The notes beneath the pieces were generated by a model, which worked only from the letters and a program-made list of their open reading frames with translations, searched no databases and had not been told where the DNA came from. Shown here in pieces: positions 1 to 8,526 of a DNA stretch of 64,000 nucleotides. The DNA is from Bryobacterales bacterium (lineage in GTDB: Bacteria; Acidobacteriota; Terriglobia; Bryobacterales; UBA6623), in assembly GCA_965248255.1 (NCBI GenBank), contig CBDFIW010000003.1, positions 1,088,193 to 1,152,192 on the forward strand. Reading direction: 5' to 3'. Both the position numbers and the translations under genes were made by a program. Position 1 is the first letter of the stretch; each line of letters opens with the position of its first letter.

Positions 1-11
1 CCGCCGGTGCC

Positions 12-518
12 ATGACCCAGCAGCAAAAGGCGAGGGCGGCGACCGTCACCGTGATCGGGCTGGCGTTCTTGATTATCGCCGGCCGGCAGATGGAGTGGAG
101 CTTCAGCGAGTCCGGCGCGGCCGCGATCGTCACGGGCAAACCCGAAGAGCCGCCCGATCCGGTCGATACGATCAATCGCATGATGGACGCCGCCCGCGAC
201 GGCGACGTGGAAGCCTACTTGGCGTGCTTCAGTGGAGACATGGAGAGGCGCTTACGCCAAACGCTCAAGGAGATGACACGCAAGGGGTTTGCGGAGTATC
301 TGACCGGGACGAATCGCAGCATCAAGGGCTTCGCGATGTATGAACCGGAGCGGATCTCCGAACGCGAGGTGGAGGTCCGCGTGGAGTATGTTTACGTGGA
401 GCGCAACGAGGCCCAGCAGTACTTTCTCGAGAAGCGGACTGACCAGTGGACCATTGCCCGAATCGATGAGGTAGAACGTGTGGAAACGCTTGTGCCCTAC
501 GGCACTCCCGTATATTGA
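12..518 (+). CDS. hypothetical membrane-anchored protein
   Basis: 168-aa ORF with one N-terminal hydrophobic segment (AATVTVIGLAFLIIAG). No family recognised by eye. Confidence 0.45.
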   Translation: MTQQQKARAATVTVIGLAFLIIAGRQMEWSFSESGAAAIVTGKPEEPPDPVDTINRMMDAARDGDVEAYLACFSGDMERRLRQTLKEMTRKGFAEYLTGTNRSIKGFAMYEPERISEREVEVRVEYVYVERNEAQQYFLEKRTDQWTIARIDEVERVETLVPYGTPVY

Positions 519-565
519 TTTCCGTCGCGGCCCGGCAGGTAGCGTTACGAACTTGAGGTACTGGC

Positions 566-1501
566 ATGAAGACAACGTCCCGCAGAGGGTTCCTACTGAG
601 CACTTCGGCCGGCCTTCTCGCCTCGTGTAGCCCGCAGTCTCAACCCACGACACAGCCACCAGAAACAACCGCGCCTCCGCAGCCCGACAAGATCATCGAC
701 ATCCACCAGCACACCAACTACTCCGGACGAACCGACGACCAACTGGTCGCGCATCAACGCGCTATGGGCATCTTCAAAACCGTGCTGTTGCCGGCAGGCT
801 CGAAGTACGGGCTGGCGGTCGGGGCGGGCGGTAATGATACTTGCGCGGCCGTTGCGAAGCGCTATCCCAACGAGTTCTTGTTCTTCGCGAACGAGCTGCC
901 CGACATAGCGGAGACCCGTCCGGTGATCGAGAAGTATCTGAAAATGGGTGCGATCGGCATCGGCGAACAAAAGTTCCCGGTCGATTGCGACTCGAAACAC
1001 ATCGAGCTGATTGCCTCGATCGCGCAAGAGTACGACGTGCCGGTGCTGATGCACTTCGAATACAAGAAGTACAACTTTGGCCTGCATCGCTTTCACAAGA
1101 TCCTCGAAAAGTTCCCGCAGGTCAACTTCATCGGCCACGCCAATACGTGGTGGGGGAGCATCGACAAGAGCCATGACCTAGAGGCCATGTATCCGGTGAG
1201 CCCGGTTACTCCGGGCGGCGTCACCGATCGATTGCTCAGCAACTATCCCAATATGTACGGCGACCTCTCAGCCGGCTCAGGACTCGGTTCGATGCGGCGT
1301 GACGAAGAGCACGCGCGTGGCTTTCTCGACCGTCATCAGGACCAGCTTTTCTGGGCCAGCGACTGTTCCGACAGCTCGGCGCACTGGAGCGATTGCATCG
1401 GGGCGAACGGACTGGTGGCGGTCCGCCAGTTGGCACCGAACCCGGAGGCCGTCGAGAAGATGCTCTACCGAAACGCCTCGCGCGTGTTCAAAATCACCTG
1501 A
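566..1501 (+). CDS. amidohydrolase-family metal-dependent hydrolase, exported (Tat/lipoprotein-like signal)
   Basis: 311-aa ORF. N-terminus has SRRGFLL followed by LLASC (twin-arginine/lipobox-like). IIDIHQHT is the HxH metal motif typical of TIM-barrel amidohydrolases. Confidence 0.65.
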   Translation: MKTTSRRGFLLSTSAGLLASCSPQSQPTTQPPETTAPPQPDKIIDIHQHTNYSGRTDDQLVAHQRAMGIFKTVLLPAGSKYGLAVGAGGNDTCAAVAKRYPNEFLFFANELPDIAETRPVIEKYLKMGAIGIGEQKFPVDCDSKHIELIASIAQEYDVPVLMHFEYKKYNFGLHRFHKILEKFPQVNFIGHANTWWGSIDKSHDLEAMYPVSPVTPGGVTDRLLSNYPNMYGDLSAGSGLGSMRRDEEHARGFLDRHQDQLFWASDCSDSSAHWSDCIGANGLVAVRQLAPNPEAVEKMLYRNASRVFKIT

Positions 1502-1542
1502 CTCCGTACAGACCGCGCCTATCAGGGCGCGGGCCCGCAGGC

Positions 1543-2274
1543 TTACGCCCGCGGCTCTGTTGCCGCGTACTGGTCGGCAACGCCCAGGTCTTCCGGGCGT
1601 CCGATGTCCCGCCAGAATCCCTCGATCTGATACCACCGAAGGTGAGCCCCGTGCGCCAGCAACTGGTGGATGGCGTCGGTCAACTCGTACTCGCCCCGAG
1701 GTGATAGGGGGATGCGCTCCAACTCGTCGAACACCACCGGGCCAAAGCAATAGATGCCGGCGTTGACGAAGGGGGTGGTCGACGTTCCTTGCGGGGGTTT
1801 CTCGACAATGCGCGTGATGCGGTCGCCCTCCACATAAACGGCGGCACCGCCGTGGGGGTCGTCGACCTCCTTGACGGCGAGCACGCCGTCCGCGCCTTGG
1901 GCCAGGTCGCAGATCGCGCGATAGGTGGAAGCGCGCGAGAGGATGTCGCCGAAGGTCACCAAGACAGGGTCATCGCCCGCAAAGTCTTTCCCCAGCAAGG
2001 CCGCGCTGCCCGTCCCGTTGGGAACGTCCTGTACGACGTAGCTCAACCGGGCTCGCGCCGGCGGGTGGGTCTTGAAGTACTCGCGAACGAGTTCGGCTTT
2101 GTAGCCGACGACAAGTAGAAGCTCTTCCAGCCCGGCCCGTTCGGCACTGTCGACGATGTGGGCCAACATCGGCCGGCCTTGGATCGGCAGCATTGGCTTG
2201 GGGCGGTCCGCGGTCAAGTCTTTCATCCGCGTGCCGCGCCCAGCAGCCAAGAGGACCCCCTTGGAGACCTTCAC
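1543..2274 (-). CDS. sugar-phosphate nucleotidyltransferase (NTP_transferase family)
   Basis: ORF 1543..2472 trimmed to the GTG at 2274. The recognisable region starts VKVSKGVLLAAGRGTRM (G-x-G-T-R loop), followed by RPKPMLPI. The ORF extension upstream of 2274 runs across a repeat element. Confidence 0.7.
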   Translation of the reverse strand: MKVSKGVLLAAGRGTRMKDLTADRPKPMLPIQGRPMLAHIVDSAERAGLEELLLVVGYKAELVREYFKTHPPARARLSYVVQDVPNGTGSAALLGKDFAGDDPVLVTFGDILSRASTYRAICDLAQGADGVLAVKEVDDPHGGAAVYVEGDRITRIVEKPPQGTSTTPFVNAGIYCFGPVVFDELERIPLSPRGEYELTDAIHQLLAHGAHLRWYQIEGFWRDIGRPEDLGVADQYAATEPRA

Positions 2275-2306
2275 GCACCCATCATAGCCGCAAAATGTTG
2301 GGGTCA

Positions 2307-2395
2307 GTCGTGATTCGTGATTCGTGTTGCGGGCGGAGGGTGTCCCTGGACTCACGCCCAGGGGTGTTATTTGAGCCACCCCTTCGGGGTTCGCC
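2307..2395. repeat. REP-like element: GATTCGT heptad repeats + CCCTGGnCTnACGCCCAGGG palindrome + CCCCTTCGGGG hairpin
   Basis: gtcgtgattcgtgattcgtg at 2307-2326, palindrome at 2344-2363, hairpin at 2378-2390. Related copies lie at 2711-2737 (heptads) and 3827-3875 (palindrome + hairpin). Confidence 0.7.
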
Positions 2396-2548
2396 ATCAC
2401 TGTTCGCATCATGATGTGAATGGGTTGCCGTGGGCACACTTCTCCCCTCTTGAAGGGTTGTTGGATCGCCATCTACAAGTTCAGCGCCCCGTTCCGGGGC
2501 AAATCCATCAGTAGCTCGGTGCGTGAGTCTCTGATAGAGGCATGCCTC

Positions 2549-3541
2549 CTACTTGTTTGAGCCCGATAAGGGAGATGTCGGGGCTTGATGAGGCTCGATG
2601 TCGGGGAGCGGCGGACGGCACGCGGCTCCAGCCCATTGATTCCAGGTAGCTTCGCCGAGATTGGGTTCGTCTTGTCCCCACGACCCTGCCAGGGGTAGAC
2701 GGGTCCGGCAGTCGTGATTCGTGCTTCGTGATTCGTGTCTCGGGTGGAGCGGTTCGTACGCACTCCAGCTACCGATGGACGGAGCGCTGCGCGGGGGCAG
2801 AGCGCTACTCGTGGACTGGGAGGAACGGCCGCGGATCTCAGAACCGAGATCCGCGCTACGGGCCGCGGATGGAGTGTTTGCGCGGAAGCCGATCGGGCGG
2901 CTGGCGGTCTGCGCTACCGCGGCGGGTGGCTCGTAGCGGGTCGGTTGCGGTTCCAGCGGATCGGGGGTGTTGTAGGGGTCCGGGTCGGTGACGCTCGGAC
3001 GGTGGATGGCCCCGGTCTTGGGGTCGATGTTCTCGCGGTAGCGGGCTTCCTCGGCCCGCAGTTTCCCGATCATGTTCAAAGCCCGCAGCTGGTTGCGGCT
3101 CATGTGCGTTTGGTAGCGGGCCAGGTTGGCCAGGGCTTGGGTGCGGTCGGCCATGCTCTTGCCCAGAAGCTGGTTCTCGCCGTCGCGATCGGGGAGGATG
3201 GTGTCGGGGGCCCATTTCCTGGTGTCACGGTTGGTGTACGCATGTTGGTGGCTGACCAAACCGGCTTCGATGCGGGTGATGCGGCGCAGACGCCACTCGG
3301 CGTCGGCGATCTGGCGCACGAGGGCGAATTCGATGGCGTTCTTGGGGAAGATGTTCTCTTCGAGTAGTTGGAATTGGCGGTCGTACTCTGCGGGGTCCTC
3401 GTCGGCCATGACGGCGTCACGGGCGAGGAGGCCGTGCTTGAGGCCGTTTTGTGAGGAGCGGGCTTTGCCTTCCTCGGTGCGGGGACCGGTGGATTTCTTG
3501 GCGTTTTGACGGTTCGCCTTCCGTTGTGCTTCTGTTGCCAT
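2549..3541 (-). CDS. hypothetical protein (basic N-terminus MATEAQRKANRQNAKKSTGPRTEEGKA...)
   Basis: ATG at 3541 is preceded by GGAGG 6 nt upstream. The longer ORF to 3802 has no RBS and low-complexity sequence. The C-terminal ~100 aa are low complexity and read through repeat elements (2711-2737, 2828-2860), so the native stop may have been lost. Confidence 0.45.
   Translation of the reverse strand: MATEAQRKANRQNAKKSTGPRTEEGKARSSQNGLKHGLLARDAVMADEDPAEYDRQFQLLEENIFPKNAIEFALVRQIADAEWRLRRITRIEAGLVSHQHAYTNRDTRKWAPDTILPDRDGENQLLGKSMADRTQALANLARYQTHMSRNQLRALNMIGKLRAEEARYRENIDPKTGAIHRPSVTDPDPYNTPDPLEPQPTRYEPPAAVAQTASRPIGFRANTPSAARSADLGSEIRGRSSQSTSSALPPRSAPSIGSWSAYEPLHPRHESRSTNHDCRTRLPLAGSWGQDEPNLGEATWNQWAGAACRPPLPDIEPHQAPTSPLSGSNK
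2828..2860. repeat. 33-nt hairpin repeat (GCCGCGGATCTCAGAACCGAGATCCGCGCTACG), copy 1
   Basis: Stem GCGGATCT/AGATCCGC. A second copy with 2 loop differences lies at 11525-11557. Confidence 0.8.
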
Positions 3542-3779
3542 GATTGTTCCTCCAGAAAGCAAAAAGCCGCGCGGGTGGTCCGCGCGGCCGTTGTGCCGGC
3601 CAATGGGCCGGCGGTCTTCACTTTCAGGATACGGGTGGGAGGTGCGGGTGGAGGTAGCGCGGTTGGGTAAGTGGTTGGAAATGCGGGAGATCGGGATTTG
3701 AAAGTTCTGTGACTGGCGGAGGCGCATGCGGCTATCGTTGCGAGATTGGAAGCTTGCCTCGGCAGGGCAAGAAGCAGGA

Positions 3780-4010
3780 TGAGTCGCCCTTGCAGGGCTC
3801 ATGAGATTTGCCGGGGGGCTTGGGGTCCCTGGGCTAACGCCCAGGGCTTTTATTTGGGTCGCTCCCTCGGGGCTCCGAACGCGAGCTGTGTAGCGGCGGC
3901 CCGATTAGCAGCACGGGAGCGTAAGCCCCGGGACGAGAAAGCCCCCTGACGACAGAGCCCTGCAAGGGCGGGCCATTCAACAGCCCTGGGCGTGAGCCCA
4001 GGGATCTCGG
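3780..4010. repeat. cluster of REP-type hairpins
   Basis: GCCCTTGCAGGGC (~3786), CCCTGGGCTAACGCCCAGGG (3827-3846), GCCCTGCAAGGGC (~3955), CCCTGGGCGTGAGCCCAGGG (3984-4003). The same stem sequences occur in the REPIN units flanking the RAYT gene at 40.5-41.5 kb. Confidence 0.7.
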
Positions 4011-4116
4011 GGCCCAATGCCGACAGGAGCCCGGAGGGGCGACTCAGGCGGGGTACGGCCCGCGGAGGATCGGGAGGGAAGGGCACGGACCAAGGAGAAC
4101 GTCGGCGTGCCTAGCA

Positions 4117-4268
4117 CGGTCCGCCCTCAGAGGCGGGTCGGGGCTCGGCGGCGTGCGGGGAGGCGCTGCGGGGCAGCGTTCGCGCCGCCATCATCCGAGG
4201 TAGGAGCCGTATGAGTTGACGCTCACGTACGAATCTGTGCGGGGGTGCCGGGCAACCGGCATCCCTAC
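4117..4268 (+). mobile_element. orphan group II intron 3' fragment (domain IV stub, domain V, domain VI), copy A
   Basis: GAGCCGTATGAGTTGACGCTCACGTACGAATC at 4204-4235 matches the domain V consensus (GAGCCGUAU...ACGUACGGUUC). It is followed by the GGGGTGCCGG-GCAA-CCGGCATCCC hairpin ending CTAC at 4268 (domain VI-like). No RT ORF is attached. Confidence 0.6.
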
Positions 4269-4356
4269 TGCGACCCTTGTTCCTAAGGGAAACCATGTGT
4301 CCGCGGCAGGCTCAGGTAGGTTCGGGGCGAGTTCGGTGGCTGTCCCTCATCTCCTC

Positions 4357-4522
4357 CGGTCCGCCCTCAGAGACGGGTTGCTGTGTCACGGGGGCTCGGC
4401 GGCGTGCGGTGAGGCGCTGCCTGCCAGCCTTCGCGCCACCATCATCCGAGGCAGGAGCCCGTATGAGTCAACGCTCACGTACGGATCTGCGCCGGGGGGT
4501 GCCGGGCAACAGGCATCCCTAC
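4357..4522 (+). mobile_element. orphan group II intron 3' fragment, copy B (tandem, 240-bp period)
   Basis: Same architecture as copy A with scattered substitutions. Domain V lies at 4455-4487 and the unit ends CTAC at 4522. The ~15 nt after each copy are also similar (TGCGACCCTTGTT / CGTGACCCTTCGTT). Confidence 0.6.
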
Positions 4523-4609
4523 CGTGACCCTTCGTTTTATCCCGGCGCACAGGCTGTCCGACAGTTTGCCCCCAAGAGCCCCCGCTTTTGAGATACGATT
4601 CCTTTAGCG

Positions 4610-5560
4610 ATGCATCGTCCTCGACGACCCAAAGCGATATCTTTGTTCGCTGGATGCGGGGGGTCGGATATCGGCCTCCTGCGATCCGGCTTCGAGATCG
4701 TTTGGGCAAACGAGATTTCCGAGGCTGCTTCCGCGACGTACGGGGATAACCTACCAGGTGTCCATGTAGAGGTTGGCGACGTGTCGACCTTTGCGGAGTT
4801 TCCTGAGGCTGATCTCTTGGTGGGCTGCTACCCCTGTCAAGGTTACAGCCAGGCGGGTCGGAGGACGCAGGACGCCCCCGTTAATTTCCTGTATAGGGAG
4901 TTTGACCGAGTCCTAAGGACGGTCAGGCCTCGCGCCTTTGTGGTTGAGAATGTCAGTGGAATGTCGAACGCGTCAAATCGGCGGCTGTTGAATAACCAAC
5001 TCGTTCGCTATCGACTAGCAGGTTACCGGGTAAAATGGCGAGTCTTGGATGCCAAGAACTTCGGTGTTCCACAGACGCGGCGACGCTTGTTCATGGTTGG
5101 GATCCGAAGCGACCTGCGTGTCGACTACTCGTTCCCAAGACCGACCCACGGACCAGATGCGGAGTCGGCGTACTTGACTCAGCAGGACGTCTTGACCGGA
5201 ATGCCGACATGGCCGGTCGGAGAATTCTGCTCGGAGCAGCTTCACTGGTACTATCTGTCCCGCAAACGACGAGCTGACTGGGGCCAGCCGAGCCCCTGTA
5301 TTGTTGCCCACTGGCGACACGTCCCACTGCATCCCATGAGCCCGCCCCTCAGGCGCGTGCACACCGACCAATGGGTGTTCGAACATCATGGTATCGCGAG
5401 AAGGCTTAGCTTCAAAGAGTGTGCTGCATTGCAGGGATTCCCTGTAGATTTTGTCTGGGCCCACGGTTCGGTGCGCAGGCGGTTTGAAATGATAGGCAAT
5501 GCCGTGCCGCCACCACTCTTCCACGCGGTTGTGAGGGCGCTGCCTCCTGTCTGGGCATAA
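4610..5560 (+). CDS. dcm: DNA (cytosine-5)-methyltransferase
   Basis: Motif I FAGCGG, motif IV YPCQGYS, motif VI VVENV, motif VIII QTRRRLF, LQGFP, motif X GNAVPP. Confidence 0.9.
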   Translation: MHRPRRPKAISLFAGCGGSDIGLLRSGFEIVWANEISEAASATYGDNLPGVHVEVGDVSTFAEFPEADLLVGCYPCQGYSQAGRRTQDAPVNFLYREFDRVLRTVRPRAFVVENVSGMSNASNRRLLNNQLVRYRLAGYRVKWRVLDAKNFGVPQTRRRLFMVGIRSDLRVDYSFPRPTHGPDAESAYLTQQDVLTGMPTWPVGEFCSEQLHWYYLSRKRRADWGQPSPCIVAHWRHVPLHPMSPPLRRVHTDQWVFEHHGIARRLSFKECAALQGFPVDFVWAHGSVRRRFEMIGNAVPPPLFHAVVRALPPVWA

Positions 5561-5564
5561 CAAG

Positions 5565-5984
5565 ATGCCCCACCTCCCTCGATTTGAACCTCCTCCTCGA
5601 TCCCGCAGTCGGAACATGCGGGCGATTCGCTCCCACGGCAATCGATCCACCGAAAGGCGTCTCCGCGCGCTGTTGGCTGCTCACGGGTTGCGTGGCTGGG
5701 TGCTGCGTCCAAACGGCGTCACCGGCAGCCCCGACTTCGCATTCCTGACGCAGAAGCTAGCCGTGTTTGTGGATGGCTGCTTTTGGCACGGCTGCCCTCG
5801 ATGCGGCCACATACCGCGGACGAACCGGCCGTATTGGATGGAGAAGATTGGACGCAACAAGAGCAGAGACCGGAAAACAGCGCGACACCTCCGTTCGCAG
5901 GGATGGTCTGTGATTCGCCTATGGGAGTGCCAGCTCCGAAAGAGACCTGGGACCTGCATCGCGCGAATACGTCGAAAACTCTGA
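5565..5984 (+). CDS. vsr: very short patch repair endonuclease
   Basis: RSRNMRAIRS..., FVDGCFWHGCP, YWMEKIGRNKSRD, IRLWEC. Starts 5 nt after the dcm stop. Confidence 0.85.
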   Translation: MPHLPRFEPPPRSRSRNMRAIRSHGNRSTERRLRALLAAHGLRGWVLRPNGVTGSPDFAFLTQKLAVFVDGCFWHGCPRCGHIPRTNRPYWMEKIGRNKSRDRKTARHLRSQGWSVIRLWECQLRKRPGTCIARIRRKL

Positions 5985-5995
5985 AGCCCGGTCGC

Positions 5996-6862
5996 TCACC
6001 GTAATGGCATCTCACTCGCTGCACCGCCCTGCGCGGTCAGCCAAGACTGGGCTTGATCCGACAGGGCTGTCGCATGTTCGCAAAGTCTCAGCCTGTCGAA
6101 CACAATGGTCTTACCGTCAGACTTTGTACTTAGTTGGTCGTCCTCCATGATGAACGGCACAGCGAAGAATCCGAGCCGCGCGCTAACAGGCTGGTGCGTG
6201 AAACATTTCCAAAAATATTCGGGTGCCGTTTCCCTCCACTTCTCCCTCCAGTTGGTCTGCCCTGTCGCGCAATTACCGATCGCGATCAAGCGCGGTGTTC
6301 TGTTGTCCGCGAAGTTCTTGACTACGACTACATCCCAACCGCGATCGCCTCCCCCAGGGGCCTGCTCACAGGTGGGTTCGCCCAGTTCGGGAGCTAGGCG
6401 TGCAACGGCTGCGAGCAACGAGCTATAAGTTGAAAACCTTGAGTTTTTCCACGGAGCGCCGATCCTAATACCCTCTCCTCCGAAGAAAGACTGGGCAGCG
6501 CTGAGCGCCAAGGTCTCGAACCCTTCGCACCTGATCTCAAGTGGGATCCTGCTGTGATCCACCAGGCTTAATGCAAGACAAAAAGCATAAGGGCTAGAGC
6601 TAAGTGCGGGTACCGAAGGACGTATTGTTTCGCCATCAAGGGTGAAGGGATAGCGACTTCGCAGGATTCTCGCACGGACTTCGAACTCATCAAATACCTG
6701 CTGGGCAAGTGCGAAGAGTTTTTCGTCTACATCTGGGTTGATCTCATCTTCCTCCTGCGAACTGCCCGATTCCAGCACTTCCTTCACAGAACTCAAAGAG
6801 CAAACTTTTCCCTCTGCCCATGTCTGAAATTCGACCCGATCGGCGATGTCTGTAATACTCAT
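5996..6862 (-). CDS. hypothetical protein, possible PD-(D/E)xK-type nuclease (candidate restriction component)
   Basis: 288-aa ORF convergent with dcm-vsr (11-nt gap). Its start overlaps the stop of the upstream ParB-like gene by ATGA (6859-6862). GDRGWDVVVVKNF...LIAIGNCATGQ loosely resembles an Mrr-like nuclease core; this is unverified. Confidence 0.4.
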   Translation of the reverse strand: MSITDIADRVEFQTWAEGKVCSLSSVKEVLESGSSQEEDEINPDVDEKLFALAQQVFDEFEVRARILRSRYPFTLDGETIRPSVPALSSSPYAFCLALSLVDHSRIPLEIRCEGFETLALSAAQSFFGGEGIRIGAPWKNSRFSTYSSLLAAVARLAPELGEPTCEQAPGGGDRGWDVVVVKNFADNRTPRLIAIGNCATGQTNWREKWRETAPEYFWKCFTHQPVSARLGFFAVPFIMEDDQLSTKSDGKTIVFDRLRLCEHATALSDQAQSWLTAQGGAASEMPLR

Positions 6863-7430
6863 TCCGAACCGTGGCCTTCAATGTTGAGCTGAGCCTTGCG
6901 GAATGCATTCTGGAGTTCATCGAATGCTTCTCGTACTTCGTCTTCTTGCCGAACGTCATAGAGCTTTGGTAAGCTACTTTCTATGGTGTAGGAGGCGCTC
7001 CTCAGTTTCTCAGCCACCGCTGTCGAATTGAACTCTGTGTACAGCAGAGCTGTTTTAGGGTCGCGGGTTGAATTAAAGAACTGCAAGGCCCGTGGGCTAC
7101 AGAGAATGGCGTCCAGCTGCTTTTGGAGACGACTGTTTATTACCGGCGGCTCCTCTTCTGTGCCTATCACCCAACTGATGAACTGTCCGAGTTGCTCGGT
7201 CCGATCGCTGCTAACCGGCCTCTTGGACACGACGTCCGCTTCTAGGCCGAGAAATCGCTGAACCTCTTGGCTTCCTAGCAGTGTGTAAAACTTACCGAAG
7301 TATCTCTTTGAGTAGGCTTTGTCGGGATCAAATACAGACAAACTTCTTGCCTGTTCGAGTGTGAAGTCTGCTATCAGCCAGCGCTTGAGGGTAGGGTACG
7401 TCGTTCCCACCTGCGATGCAAAACGCTTTA
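6859..7430 (-). pseudogene. ParB-like domain protein, C-terminal part (interrupted by IS630-family copy 1)
   Basis: The reading frame continues in phase from 8527 across the IS once the IS and one TA are removed (...SEQNL|KRFASQVGTTYPTLKRWL...). The repaired protein would be ~357 aa. Confidence 0.7.
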
Positions 7431-8526
7431 TTGAATCCCGCAAATTATTATGACACTTTTTGACAGTGTGGAGCATCTATATATGTATGGGCAACCCCAA
7501 AGGTGTGAAGCGGGATTTCAAGGCGCTGGAGAAGCGCCGTTTCGAAGCGATGCGGCTGCTCCACCAAGGCCACAATCAGTCCGAGACGGCGAGACGGCTG
7601 AACGTCGCTCGCCAAACCGTCAGTGAGTGGCGGCGGCAATACCGCGAGCAGGGTGCGGCCGGACTCCGCCAGGCCGGGCGCGCCGGACGCAAGCCGCTCC
7701 TCGATGCCGCACAACGCGAACGCCTGACGTCGCTGCTGCTGGAAGGCCCGGAAGCCCACGGCTTCCCAACGCCCCTGTGGAGCTGTCCGCGGGTGGCTCG
7801 GCTGACCGGAGACGAGTTCGGGGTCGCATACCACGCAGGCCACGCCTGGAAGATCCTGCGAGCGCTCGACTGGAGCCCGCAACGCCCGGCCGGAAAGGCG
7901 CGCGAGCGCAACGAAGAGCGGATCCGCACCTGGAAGCGCAAGACCTGGAAGCGCATTAAAAAAAAGCCCAAAACGAAGGCCGTACGCTCGTCTTCATCGA
8001 CGAAAGCGGATTGAGTCAGAAGCCGCATCGCTGCCGCACCTGGGCGCCACGTGGCCAAACACCGGTGCTGCAGTTTAACTTCAACTGGGAGAAGCTTTCC
8101 GTCTCGGCGGGGCTGACGCTGCGTAACTTCTACTTCCGGCTCTATCCCGGTGCGATCGGCAAAGAGCAAGTGACCGACTTTCTCAAGGCGTTGGTACGTC
8201 ATATCGATCGCCCGCTGCTGATCGTCTGGGATCGGCTGCCGGCGCACCGTAGCCGCCTGGTGCAAGAGTTCATCGAACTCTCCGAAGGCCACATCGCAAC
8301 CGAGTACTTGCCACCCTATGCGCCGGAGTTGAATCCGGTGGAATACATCTGGGCTTACTGGAAGCAGCACGAGTTGCCGAACGTCTGTCCGAAAGACTAC
8401 GGCGAGCTGAACGAGCGGGCCCGCAAGGCACTCCGCCGCATGTACCGCAAACCGCGTTTGATCACGGCCTTCTGGAAACAGTCTTCTCTTTGTTTTGACT
8501 GACTCTATATTATGCGGCAGTCAATA
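7429..8526 (+). mobile_element. IS630-family insertion sequence, copy 1 (1,098 bp including both TA)
   Basis: Imperfect terminal inverted repeats TTGAATCCCGCAAAT... / ...ATGCGGCAGTCAA, with TA on both flanks. Near-identical copies lie at 16782-17879, 18342-19439 and 37979-39074. Confidence 0.9.
7487..8502 (+). CDS. IS630-family transposase in two frames, joined only by a -1 shift on the A8 tract (7958-7965)
   Basis: HTH-type N-terminus (NQSETARRLNVARQTVSEWRRQY). The DDE-type C-terminal part (LIVWDRLPAHRS...LPPYAPELNPVEYIW) is in the -1 frame. Copy 4 has A6 and a single 337-aa ORF. Confidence 0.8.

Noticed and set aside
1543-3802. N-terminal extensions of ORFs 1543..2472 and 2549..3802 as real coding sequence.
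   Set aside because: The extensions run across dispersed repeat elements, lack an RBS and have compositionally odd translations. Internal starts (GTG at 2274; ATG at 3541 with GGAGG) coincide with the onset of protein-like sequence.
4117-4537. Possible CRISPR array, because the region contains regularly spaced repeats.
   Set aside because: There are only two units, each ~150 nt long, with a 240-bp period and a clear group II domain V/VI fold. No short 25-40 nt repeat/spacer pattern occurs here or anywhere else in the window, and no cas genes were seen.
7429-7476. The IS630 left end might provide an in-frame start (MLHTVKKCHNNLRDSI) as a designed mechanism, since it is in phase with the host fragment in all three minus-strand insertions.
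   Set aside because: With a CTAG-type target inside coding DNA only two phases are possible, because xxC-TAG would be a stop. Three matches therefore have roughly a 1 in 4 chance expectation. There is no evidence of an outward promoter. It is mentioned as a curiosity only.
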